A stretch of 64,000 bases of DNA. Origin: Histomonas meleagridis 2922-C6/04-290x (lineage: Eukaryota; Protista; Parabasalia). Position numbers and translations under genes: made by a program. The stretch covers positions 558,001 to 622,000 of the forward strand of contig JAANOX010000126.1 in assembly GCA_020184695.1 (NCBI GenBank), read 5' to 3'. Shown piece after piece: positions 20,277 through 31,465 of this stretch (position 1 is its first letter; every line of letters begins with the position of its first letter). The notes below the pieces were generated by a model, which ran no database searches, was not told the DNA's origin, and saw nothing but the letters and a program-made list of their open reading frames with translations.

Positions 20277-21372
20277 ATGATTCATTACACACACATAAAG
20301 AGGATGTTGAATGGTTTACTTAATTATTCAATGAGAAAACTGCCGGTAAATCTCCTTCAAAAACTTTTGACAACAATTCATAAGATTATTCAAAAAGTGG
20401 ACTCGATCGATGAAAATAATATGAAAAGATTAATCATGTTAATGAATATTGTTCCGATAAGTTGTTATCAAGCATTATCAATTTGCATATGGGAAAATAC
20501 AATTGGAAAATTTGATGAATTTATCGATTTATTTACATACTGGAAACAATCTCTTCCTTCATCATATAAAGAAATGATTTTAGCTTTAGCAAAGTCATCT
20601 CAATCAAACATTAACGCATTAAATTTATTGATTTATTATTGTAACGAATTTTTATTCAACAATTTCTGAAATTGTAAAAGAATCTCTTCCTACCGGTAAT
20701 TCAAATATTGAGAAGCTATCGGAGCTGTATTCAATTTTCTTGGACTGCCCCAACTTAACGGATTTTTTACTTTCATTTCCTGAATTTTATTATGTTTCAT
20801 ATTATATACTATCAACGAATAAAATTTCGGAATTAGTAGAAATCTTCAAGTCAAATGAAGTAAGATCTGATTTGATATTAGAATCAAATCTTTGTAATCA
20901 AATTGTAAATTTACTTCAAAATGCAAAAACGACAAAATTTTTAAGTTATTTAATGGACATTGAATATTCTTTTTTAACAATTAATGATTTTACTGATCTA
21001 AGACGTTCTATACCAATTCTTACGAAATGTCTTCGATCAGAAAATTTAAAAATTTCTTTTTCTGGATTTTTGTGTCTTTCTTTGCTGTTTAAATATAAAG
21101 AAGATGACATTGATATTGAGCTTCTTTCCTTTTATTCGTCTTCTTTTATTACTTATGAGAGTCGAATATCGAAAAATTGTTCGCTTTTTGTGCTTTCGAA
21201 ATGTATAACGAAAATTCATAATCATAACTCATTAGTAAATAACTTGTGCGAAAATCTGAAAACTAAAGACTCGAGTGTAATAGAATACGCAAAATTGATC
21301 ATAAAGTTTGATCAAGAAAATGATGTTTTGGGAAATAACCAAAGATTAAATCTATACGAAATTGTAAAATGA
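20277..21372 (+). pseudogene. Frameshifted helical (ARM-like) hypothetical gene: ORFs 20277-20669 and 20740-21372
   Basis: The second frame is open upstream of 20740 (SEIVKESLPTGNSNIEKLSELYSIFL) back to about 20666, overlapping the first ORF's stop. This fits one frameshift, either real or an assembly error. Confidence 0.5.
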
Positions 21373-21741
21373 AATTTGGCGGAAATAAATAAAATGTTAA
21401 TTAATTAATTGTTTTGTTTTTCTTTGATATATAATTAAATTTTTTCGAATTATATATCTAATATCTAGACCAGTGAATACCAAATTTACTCTACAATATT
21501 TCTTAAATATGAGAAATATTATAAAACACTGACCAATTATAAATAAATTAAAACAATGTAGCAGATTTAATGACATATTTTAAGCTCAATGAACTTATTT
21601 TAGTAGCTTTATTAAATCGGACATATCGATTTCACTTTTTGAACATGATTAAATTGAAACCGATCGAAAAATGTGTTGAAAACATTCAGGTGTTTACTGA
21701 AAAGTGTTGTGAATTTTCGCTTTGGTTCAAAGTTCAACACA

Positions 21742-24700
21742 ATGGATGGAAAACAAAAAACTTTAAATAATTGGGAAACATTTTTATCAATTAACCAAAT
21801 GATTTTTGACTTAAACAAAGAAAATTATGTGGAAACAGCAAATTTATTATTTAACAAAATTGATAATAATTACATTTATTCTTTTAATTTAGTTGTCAGC
21901 CAAATGATATATTCATTTTTTATTGTTAGAATGAATGAGATTGATTTATGCTTAAATTTTGCAAAGGAAATACAAAAATTTGAAGAGAGCAATCAAATCA
22001 AACCATATTTTTTTGATGTATTTGTAAGGCTTCTTTTTAATAAATACAGCAAAGAATCGGATTATATTATTGCTAAAATGTCTGAGTACAATTTATATGA
22101 TTTTACAAAAATTTCTCATGATAAATTAATAATCCCAAATCTTATGCATTTACTACCAGTCCGAAAAATCAAAAAATTATTAAATTATAGAGATATGGAA
22201 GATCTCAGAAATAATTATAAAGAACTATCAGAGAATAACTTTGAACTTCATAAGAAATTAGTTAAAGAAGGAGTTAATCCAAATGAAATTGCGAAAATAA
22301 TTCGAAATGATGAAATCGAAAAACTTCAAGAAATTGCAGTGTACAATGATTTTGATGTTAATGATATAATTAATTATTCAAATTATGATAGATGTTCATT
22401 TATTAATAAATTTAATAAAAATGTATCATTAATTGATTATGCCGCATTTTTTTCTTCTATTAAATGTTTTTAAATATTTACTTATGAATGGTACAAATGT
22501 AAAAAATACAGGTAAATATGCAATTGCAGGTGGAAATTTAGAGATAATTCATTTATGTGAACAAAATCATTCATCATTTAAAAGATCATATGAAACAGCA
22601 ATTCGATTTCATCGAAATGATGTATTTAAATATCTTTATGAAAATAAAAATATTAAAATTAAAAATTTGGCTCAATTAGGAAGAAAATGTATTTTATATA
22701 ACAATTATGAAATATTTTCGTTTTTGTTAGAAAACGGAATGAGAATTAATGATTTTCTTATTAATGAATTATCTAGAATTGGAAATATATTTGCTATAAA
22801 ACATTTTATTGAAGGAAATCATTTTCCACATATTTTAGGTTTTTCAACAGTTTTAGGAAATATTGAACTTGTTAAATATATTTTAGAACAAGAAGGAATC
22901 GATATTAATGCTAAAAATATTTATTTAATTTATTTGAAATTTATTTTGATAATTTTATATTTTTAAAATAATATTTGGAAATTATTTTAATTATTTGAAA
23001 CAGCACTTATAATAGCATTTAGTGAAGGTTATATAGAAATAGTTAAATTGCTTCTAGAACAAGAAGGAATTGATGTTAATGTTAAAGATATTTATTTGTT
23101 TTATTTATTATTTATTTTAATAGATTTGGATTTCAAAATAATATTTGGAAATTATTTAAAATATTTAATACAGCACTTATATATGCATCTTATAATGGTT
23201 ATACGGAAATAGTTAAGTTACTTCTTGAACAAGAAGGAATTGATGTTAATGTTAAAGATATTTATTTGTTTTATTTAGAATTTATTTTAATAATTTAGGA
23301 TATCAAAATAATATTTGGAAATTATTTTAAATATATAGAACAGCACTTATTTATGCTACTAAAAAAAGGTTATATAGAAATAGTTAAATTGCTTCTTGGA
23401 CATAAAGGAATTGATATTAATGCAAAAGATATATTTTCGTCTTATTTTATATTTCGTCTTATTATTTAAAAATTATGTTATTTATTTAATGTAGCACTTC
23501 TTTATGCATATATAATGAGGTACATGGAAATCTTTGAATTACTTCTTGAACACGAAGGAGTTGATATTAATGCTAAAGATATTTGTTTGTTTTATTTAAT
23601 ATTTATTTTGATAATTTAAGATTTCAAAATAATATTTGGAAATTGTGAATATTATTTTGGACAGTTCTTCTCTTAGCATCTTCAAGAGGTAATACAGAAA
23701 TAGTTAAGTTACTTCTTGAACATAAAGGAATTGATATTAATGCTAAAAATATTTATTTAATTTATTTGAAATTTATTTTGATAATTTGATATTTCAAAAT
23801 AATATTTGAAAATTATTTAAATTATTTGAAACAGCACTTATATTAACATCTTATAATGGTTATACGGAAATAGTTAAGTTACTTCTTGAACATAAAAAAA
23901 TTGATCTTAATGCTAAAGATATTTATTTGTTTTATTTTTTATTTTTTCAAAAAATTTGATTTTTCAAAACAATATTTGGAAATCATTCAATTTTTTTAGA
24001 ACAGCACTTATGAAAGCAACTTCAAATGATCAACCAGAAATAGTTAAATTACTTCTTGAACAAGAAGGAATTGATATTAATGCTAAAGATATTTATTTGT
24101 TTTATTTAATATTTATTTTAATAATTTAGGATATCAAAATAATATTTGGAAATTATTTAAATCATTTGAAACAGCACTTATGATTGCATCTGAAAATGGT
24201 AATACAGAAATAGTTAAATTACTTCTTGAACAAGAAGGTCTAGATATTAATGCTAAAAATATTTATATGTTTTATTTAGAATTTATTTTAATAATTTGAT
24301 ATTTCAAAATAATATTTGGAAATTATTTAAATAATTTGAAACAGCACTTATGATTGCATCTGAAAATGGTAATACAGAAATAGTTAAATTACTTCTTGAA
24401 CAAGAAGGTCTAGATATTAATGCTAAAAATATTTATATGTTTTATTTAGAATTTATTTTAATAATTTGATATTTCAAAATAATATTTGGAAATTATTTAA
24501 ATCATTTGAAACAGCACTTATGATTGCATCTGAAAATGGTAATACTAAAATAGTTAAATTACTTCTTGAACAAGAAGGTCTAGATATTAATGCTAAAAAT
24601 ATTTATATGTTTTATTTAGAATTTATTTTAATAATTTGATATTTCAAAATAATATTTGGAAATTATTTAAATAATTTGAAACAGCACTTATGATTGCATC

Positions 24701-25562
24701 TGAAAATGGTAATACTAAAATAGTTAAATTACTTCTTGAACAAGAAGGAATTGATATTAATGCTAAAAATATTTATTTGCTTTAATCGATATGACTAATA
24801 TAAAATAATATTTGGAAATTATTTAAATTATTTAATACAGCACTTAGATTAGCATCTGAAAATGGTCATACAGAAATAGCTAAATTACTTCTTAAGCATG
24901 AAGGAATTGATATTAATATTAAAGATATTTATTTGTTTTGTTTAAAATATATTTTAATAATTTGAAATTTCAAAATAATATTTGGAAAACATTTAAATAA
25001 TTTAATACAATACTCATTTGGGCATCTTCAAATGATCATACAGAAATCGTTAAATTACTTCTTAAACATGAAGGAATTGATATTAATGTTAAAGATATTT
25101 TTATATATTATATTATGTTTATCTTAATAATTTGATATTTCAATGCAATGTTTGGAAATTATTCAAATTATTTAATACAGCACTTATTTGGGTAACTTCA
25201 AATGGTCAAATAGAAATAGTTAAATTACTTCTTGAGCAAAAATGCCTTGATATTAATGCTAAAGATATTTATTTGTTTTATTCAATATTTTTTTTGAATA
25301 ATAATATTTGGAAATAATATCAATTATTTAAAACAGCACTTATGTATGCATCTGAATATGGTGAAATAGAAATAGTTAAATTACTTCTTGAACAAGAAGG
25401 TCTAGATATTAATGCTAAAGATATTTATATGTTTTATATAAAATTTATATTAATAAATTAATATTTCATAATAATATTTGGAAAATATATACATTATTTA
25501 ATACAGCGTATATGTTAGCATCCAGATTTGGACATGCAGAAATTGCTAATTTACTTCTTTAA
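21742..25562 (+). CDS. DUF3447-ankyrin gene 1, with 16 C-terminal ankyrin blocks each separated by an intervening spacer
   Basis: The N-terminal region (LIDYAAFFSSIKCFKYL..YAIAGGNLEIIHLCEQ) is split by one extra T at 22467-71. Ankyrin blocks start at 23000, 23170, 23340, 23491, 23661, 23831, 24001, 24171, 24341, 24511, 24681, 24837, 25007, 25177, 25333 and 25503. The last block ends TAA at 25560-62. Confidence 0.75.
22919..25562 (+). repeat. 170-bp tandem array (90-nt ankyrin block plus 80-nt AT-rich spacer) x16
   Basis: Unit example: ACAGCACTTATGATTGCATCTGAAAATGG...GATATTAATGCTAAAAAT followed by the spacer. Period is 170 except two units of 156, one of 151 and an 81-nt first spacer. Confidence 0.95.
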
Positions 25563-26584
25563 TGAAAAGGAATATATATATTTATTTTGTCTGAAAATTG
25601 TCAAACACTTGAATGTTAAATTTTCATTATATTCTCATATGATAGGATAATTTCTATAAATCCTCATTACTTCAAATTAATACATATGTTATTTCAAAAG
25701 ATTTTGAAGAATATGTTGCATGTATTTACATAAAATAAAATGAAATAATATTTTTTTTTTATATTTCTCTTATTGATTAATAGTTAAAGATCGAAATTGT
25801 GAAATAAACTATCAAGAATAAATTTATATGGCTAGTTAAAGAAAAAAATATTCTAAATAGGAAAATATAATTTTTTATGATTATCAAAACAATGATTTAA
25901 TTTATCATTTTGATACTTATATTGAAACTTATATGTTTTACATGTATAAACTTAAACTAAATACAGTATGTAATTAATAACAAAACGAATTTGTTAAATA
26001 ATATATATAAATTTAACAGACTCTTAAATCTACTTATGTTTGAGTTACACACTATTTCGTTGAGCTTGTAATCGAAAAAAAATCAAAACAAATAATTCAT
26101 TTAATTTTACAGAATTGTTAATTATTTAATTTGATATATTAGTTTTGAAGCAATGAATAATCAACTTCAAAAAATGGGAGAAGATTTTCTTGTGAAATTG
26201 TTTCCCTTTTTATATTTTTTGCTCGTGCAAGTAAATCGCTTTTCTCGTAATAATCATCTTTGCCAAGTCTTGTTTCTATACCCTCAGTGCCGTACATGTC
26301 TTCATCCATATCTCTGTGTCCAAGCATAGTTCTTATATCTGCATTGTGCGAACGGTGTTTTTTTTCTTCCATTCTGGAATTGACAGAGTCTGTTTGAATA
26401 TTGTCGAAATTTTATTCAATACTTTACCCTAACAAAATGAATGGAAATATTGACTTGCTTCGTTTGATATAAAGTTATCGTTTTGACGAAATCATCACCT
26501 GGAACCACTTCAGAGAGTATATTGCATACCTCGATTAAAAAAAATAACGCAAAACTCTAAAAGTTTTATTTATAAATATCTTAG

Positions 26585-28647
26585 TTAAAAGTTTTCTACT
26601 TGAGTATTATTATTATTATTTGATTGAAGTATTTTAACAACATCATCGTGACCTTTATCAGATGCCCACTTAAGTGCGCTATGGAAAAAATAAATAAACT
26701 TCCAAAAAAATATATGAAACAGAAGAATAAAAATATAAGCATCAAAAACAGTCAATAAAATAAAGGATCATCTATCGTCAAACCTGTGTCAATCAATAAT
26801 TTTACAATATCAATATAACCTTTTGAAGCTGCGAAAGTTAACGCAGTGAAGAAAAAATTAAAGAAATTCCAAATGCATAGATTAGATATAAAGCATGAAT
26901 AAAAAATTTATTATTTTAAAATAAATTATCTGTTTCGTTTATAAATGAAAAATTAAAACCTTTTTGTATTAATATTTTCACTATTTCTGTAAAACCTTTC
27001 TGAGCAGCATACATAAGTGCAGTAGGAATAATTTTATTAAATTCCCATTAAAAATTTATTATAAATATTAAGTAAAAATTTAAAAAAACATCAAATGAAA
27101 TTTAAGAATATCTTTAACATAGATATCAATTTTATATTGTTCAACAAGTAATTTAACAATTTCTACATTACCTTCCTTAGCTGTATACAATAACGCCGTT
27201 TTAAATAATTTAAGAAAATTTCAAAAATTTGCATAAAATTTTAAAATAATTTAATTAATATCGATTAAAAATGATGAAAATCTTTAGCATTAATATCAAT
27301 TTCTTTTTGTTTAAGGAGAAATTTAGTTGGTTCTGGATTAATCGAATGAATGGATTCAAAAAAGAGTTTTTGCAAAAACTTTTTTTTTCCAAATGTTTGA
27401 TAACTTTTCGATATCCATTTGCTTTTCATAAAATATCTAAGAAGATATAAATTCCCAATATTTAAAGATAGAATAACCATATCTTCATTAATTATCATTC
27501 CCATTTTTTCCAAAAATAAGAATATTTCATAATTGTTATATAAAATACATTTTCTTCCTAATTGAGCCAAATTTTTAATTTTAATATTTTTATTTTCATA
27601 AAGATATTTAAATACATCATTTCGATGAAATCGAATTGCTGTTTCATATGATCTTTTAAATGATGAATGATTTTGTTCACATAAATGAATTATCTCTAAA
27701 TTTCCACCTGCAATTGCATATTTACCTGTATTTTTTACATTTGTACCATTCATAAGTAAATATTTAAAACATTTAATAGAAGAAAAAAATGCGGCATAAT
27801 CAATTAATGTAACATACCAATTGTTAATAAATGAACATCTTTCATAAAGTGATGGTTCAATAAATTGACAAAAATCAAAATTTTCTTGTGATGATATTTC
27901 TTGAAGTTTTTCTATTTCATCATTTCGAATTATTTTCATAATTTCATTAGGATTATGTCCTTCTTTAATTAATTTTTTATGAAGTTCCCAATCATTCTTT
28001 GAAAGTTCTTCTAAATTTGATATAAATTTATCCCTCCATATCGATACGAAAAGTTGTTTATTAGAATGTTGTTCCTCTTCAAAAACTAGTTCATATTGAC
28101 CTTTTTTTTGAATATGTATATTAATTTCTTCTTTATCTTTATGATGTGCAAAATGCATACTATATTTGTTATCAACTAAATTTGAATTAATTAATTCTTT
28201 ATTAATCATCTTTTCAAGAAGGAAATATGATTCTTGTGTCTTTTGTTGTAATAAATATTTAGCGAAAATATCAATTATTTTATTAATATTTTTCTTAATT
28301 TTTTGTTCTTGAAAATCAATTGCTTTTAAATATTCAAAATATATTTTTACATGTCTTTTTTTAAAAATGAATACGGAATAAATCAGCATGCAAATTACAA
28401 TGTTAAAAGAATAAGGGATATCAGGATTCAACAATTTTATTGAAGTTAAAACAGATTCTTGAAAGTTTTCTTCATTTAGTTTAAAAATAATTTGTTTTAG
28501 TGAAAGTAAAATTTGTGTCTCGCTTGACATATGCAAAAAGTGCAATTCAAACCAAAATTGACGAATTGAAGAATTATCAATGATATTCATTTCTGACCAA
28601 TTCAAAAACACCATAGACAATATCACAAATAGAATGATAAGATACAA
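26585..28647 (-). CDS. DUF3447-ankyrin gene 2, with 4 spacer-separated ankyrin blocks
   Basis: ORF 27265-28647 ends DINAKD. Further blocks start at 27199 (TALLYTAKEG..), 27023 (TALMYAAQKG..), 26847 (TALTFAASKG..) and 26680 (SALKWASDKG..ENF*). Spacers are 80, 86, 80 and 80 nt. Confidence 0.72.
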
Positions 28648-28992
28648 ACTATAATGGAGAAAAAAAGAAATAAAAAAATTTAATGAATTAAATTCACGAA
28701 CAAAATTATATGCTGCTTCATGATATTATTATATGAAAATAAATAAAATAACTATTCAAATAATCATTTTTTTTGATGAAGTTCACAATATATAATTAGT
28801 TGCATCAATTCAATATGCCTTTAAAGACTTTATATAACTTTCCTTTCTTAATTAATTAATATTTTTTTTTCTATTTGTTATTGTGTTACACATAAAAATG
28901 TTTGAATCAAATTTTATTTTACAAAATTTTACTGTTTTTAGCTTACATACAAAAGAAACATAATTTTATTCATTGTATTACATTTTATTCAT

Positions 28993-30936
28993 TTAATCGA
29001 CTTCTTCCACGCGTGGTCCTGATGAGTGTCCACTATTTGCTGATGCTCCACTTCCTCCTTGCATGTTCGCTCCTGGCATTCCACCCTGTGCGCCGCCTGC
29101 TGCATGCTGATAAGCTGCTTGCATAATTGGCATCAGTTTGCCTTCGAGTTCCTTCTGCTTAGCTTCGATTGTCGCGACGTCTGCGTCTTGGTTAGACTCG
29201 ATCCATGTGAGCGCGTCATTGATTTCTCTGTTGATTGTGTCCTTATCTGATTGTGACAATGCGTTAGCGAACTGCTCTTGATTTAATGAGTTGCGTACGC
29301 CGAAGCAGTATCCTTCGAGTGCGTTCTTCGCTTCCACTTTCTTACGCACTTCTTCATCTTGTGCTTTGTACTTCTCTGCGTCTGCAACCATTTTGTCGAT
29401 ATCTGCTTGTGAAAGACGTCCTTTCTCATTCTTAATCGTGATCTTCTTCACGTTACCTGTCGACTTATCTTGTGCCGAAACGTTCATAATACCATCTGCA
29501 TTAACATCGAATGTAACTTCAATCTGTGGTACGCCGCGTGGTGCTGGCGGAATGCCTGTTAAATCAAATGTGCCAAGTAAGTTGTTGTCGCATGTTCGCG
29601 AACGTTCTCCTTCATAAACTTTGATTGTAACTGCGGGCTGATTATCTGAGAACGTTGTGAAGACATTTGACTTCTTAGCTGGAATTGTTGTGTTACGTGG
29701 AATGAGCACTGTCATCATTCCGCCAGCTGTTTCGATACCTAATGAAAGTGGTGCAACATCTAACAACAAAATATCTTTCACTGTGTCTGATGTGTCGCCT
29801 TTGATAATTGCCGCTTGCACTGCTGCGCCATATGCAACTGCTTCATCAGGATCAACGCCACGGCACGGCTGCTTGCCATTGAAGAAGTCTTGTAGCAATT
29901 GTTGGACACGTGGAATACGTGATGAACCTCCAACTAACACTATATCGGTGACATCTGACTTCGACATGTTCGCATCCCTTAATACTTGTGCAACTGGTGT
30001 CATCGTCGATCTGAATAATTCATCATTTAAGTTCTCGAACATTGCGCGTGAAATGTTATCCATAAAGTCGTGGCCTTCATATAATGAATCGCAAACAATT
30101 GATGCGGATGTGGCTGTGGATAATGTTCGCTTAGCTCGTTCGCATGCTGTTCGTAATGTACGTAATGCACGCGGCGATTGTCTTAAATCACATTTGAACT
30201 TCTTTTGGAATCGATCTGCAAAGTAATTAACCATACGATTATCAAAGTCTTCGCCGCCAAGATGTGTATCACCTGCTGTGGCACGCACTTCGAACATGCC
30301 GCCATCGATATCAAGTAATGAAACATCAAATGTACCGCCGCCAAGATCAAATATTAAAACATGACGCTCTTTATCGGATTTTTCATTAAGACCAAATGCA
30401 ATTGCGGCGGCTGTTGGCTCATTGATAATACGTAATACATTTAATCCTGCAATAACGCCTGCATCTTTCGTGGCTTGACGTTGGCCATCATTGAAATATG
30501 CTGGAACTGTAATAACTGCATCTTTGACTTTGTCTGTAAGTTGACTTTCGGCAATTTCTTTCATTTTGCCTAAGACCATAGCTGAGATTTCTTCTGGATA
30601 GAATTGTTTTGTTTCGCCTTTCCATTGAACTTGAATCCTTGGACGATCTGCTTCACCACGAACAACTTTAAATGGCCAATGTTGCATATCTTTTTGAACA
30701 ACTGGATCACTAAATTTACGGCCAATCATACGCTTGGCATCAAATACTGTGTTTGTTGGATTCATGGCTGCTTGGTTCTTTGCGGCATCACCAACAAGTC
30801 GTTCATCTTCTGTAAATGCAACATAAGATGGTGTTGTACGATTACCCATATCATTTGCTATAATATCAACACGATTGTGTCTAAAAACACCAACACAACT
30901 GTATGTTGTACCTAAATCAATACCTATAGCTGACAT
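28993..30936 (-). CDS. HSP70: Cytosolic HSP70
   Basis: [29 protein letters not shown] and C-terminal GPRVEEVD. Confidence 0.98.
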   Translation of the reverse strand: MSAIGIDLGTTYSCVGVFRHNRVDIIANDMGNRTTPSYVAFTEDERLVGDAAKNQAAMNPTNTVFDAKRMIGRKFSDPVVQKDMQHWPFKVVRGEADRPRIQVQWKGETKQFYPEEISAMVLGKMKEIAESQLTDKVKDAVITVPAYFNDGQRQATKDAGVIAGLNVLRIINEPTAAAIAFGLNEKSDKERHVLIFDLGGGTFDVSLLDIDGGMFEVRATAGDTHLGGEDFDNRMVNYFADRFQKKFKCDLRQSPRALRTLRTACERAKRTLSTATSASIVCDSLYEGHDFMDNISRAMFENLNDELFRSTMTPVAQVLRDANMSKSDVTDIVLVGGSSRIPRVQQLLQDFFNGKQPCRGVDPDEAVAYGAAVQAAIIKGDTSDTVKDILLLDVAPLSLGIETAGGMMTVLIPRNTTIPAKKSNVFTTFSDNQPAVTIKVYEGERSRTCDNNLLGTFDLTGIPPAPRGVPQIEVTFDVNADGIMNVSAQDKSTGNVKKITIKNEKGRLSQADIDKMVADAEKYKAQDEEVRKKVEAKNALEGYCFGVRNSLNQEQFANALSQSDKDTINREINDALTWIESNQDADVATIEAKQKELEGKLMPIMQAAYQHAAGGAQGGMPGANMQGGSGASANSGHSSGPRVEEVD

Positions 30937-30944
30937 AATAAAAA

Positions 30945-30949
30945 AATGA
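30945..30949 (-). promoter_or_regulatory. Initiator (Inr) TCATT upstream of HSP70
   Basis: The minus strand reads ...CATCATTTTTTTATTATG. A TCAY Inr a few nt before the ATG is the typical parabasalid arrangement. Confidence 0.6.
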
Positions 30950-31465
30950 TGTTATGAAGGCATTTTTTGGTTGAGCATTTAATGATTCAATTTAAGTATT
31001 CGACCATTTAAAGTATTGAAATCAAAAGAACGTTTAATAACAACGGTCATAAATCATTCAAAACATTGAATCGCTTTTGTTGGAACAAAAAACACAAAAA
31101 ACCCACTATCAAAAAAGCATTTAGCTTTAAATATTATTACAAGTACTTACAATCATTTGCTTCTTTATCTTATATAAAATTATATATTAACATTTTATTC
31201 ACAAAGTTCATATTATATTCCGATTACCATAACCAGTTAATTGAAGCATTTGTATTCCTTCAATGACTTCCTCTGCAACAAATTGGAATATTTCACCAGT
31301 TAACACCACAGAATGAACTTGCTTTTTGCTTCAACTGTTAAATTTTCACGATTTTGAAGATCAAATTATGTTTACCTTACTTACTTGCATGCACATTCCA
31401 TAATTGAACGGATCAATAATTTCCTTTTTGCGGTAATAAATGCATAAACATTAAAAACATCATGT

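Noticed and set aside
24093-24167. Excision or hopping via the TTATTT direct repeat at both spacer ends
   Set aside because: The repeats are offset by 69 nt, leaving 11 nt (frameshift). Matching take-off and landing codons are not consistent across units.
24259-24342. Spacers as AT-AC (U12-type) introns
   Set aside because: Joining at G|AT or A|AT ... AC|A is out of frame, and there is no ATATCC donor or U12 branch motif.
24269-24344. Spacers as GT-AG introns (TT|GTTTT ... ACAG|CACTT)
   Set aside because: Removal is 76 nt, leaves the next block out of frame and deletes the Thr codon. Many spacers lack that GT, and there is no CTAAC branch motif.
22919-25502. Spacers translated as hydrophobic linkers through a single -1 frameshift
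   Set aside because: Several spacers have stops at incoming codon 3 or at outgoing codon -3/-4, leaving no stop-free path short of skipping most of the spacer.
22919-25562. CRISPR-like array
   Set aside because: Both parts of the unit are homologous between copies, the unit is 170 bp and encodes ankyrin, the context is eukaryotic and there are no cas genes.
26139-26530. 77-aa ORF plus upstream broken frames as a gene or transposon piece
   Set aside because: No recognisable motif, so it cannot be assigned without a search.
29059-30915. Antisense or alternative-frame ORFs over HSP70 (also over coronin, Sec7, the Rabs and the KKEEP repeat)
   Set aside because: These are expected shadows of biased codon usage or low complexity, with no motifs.
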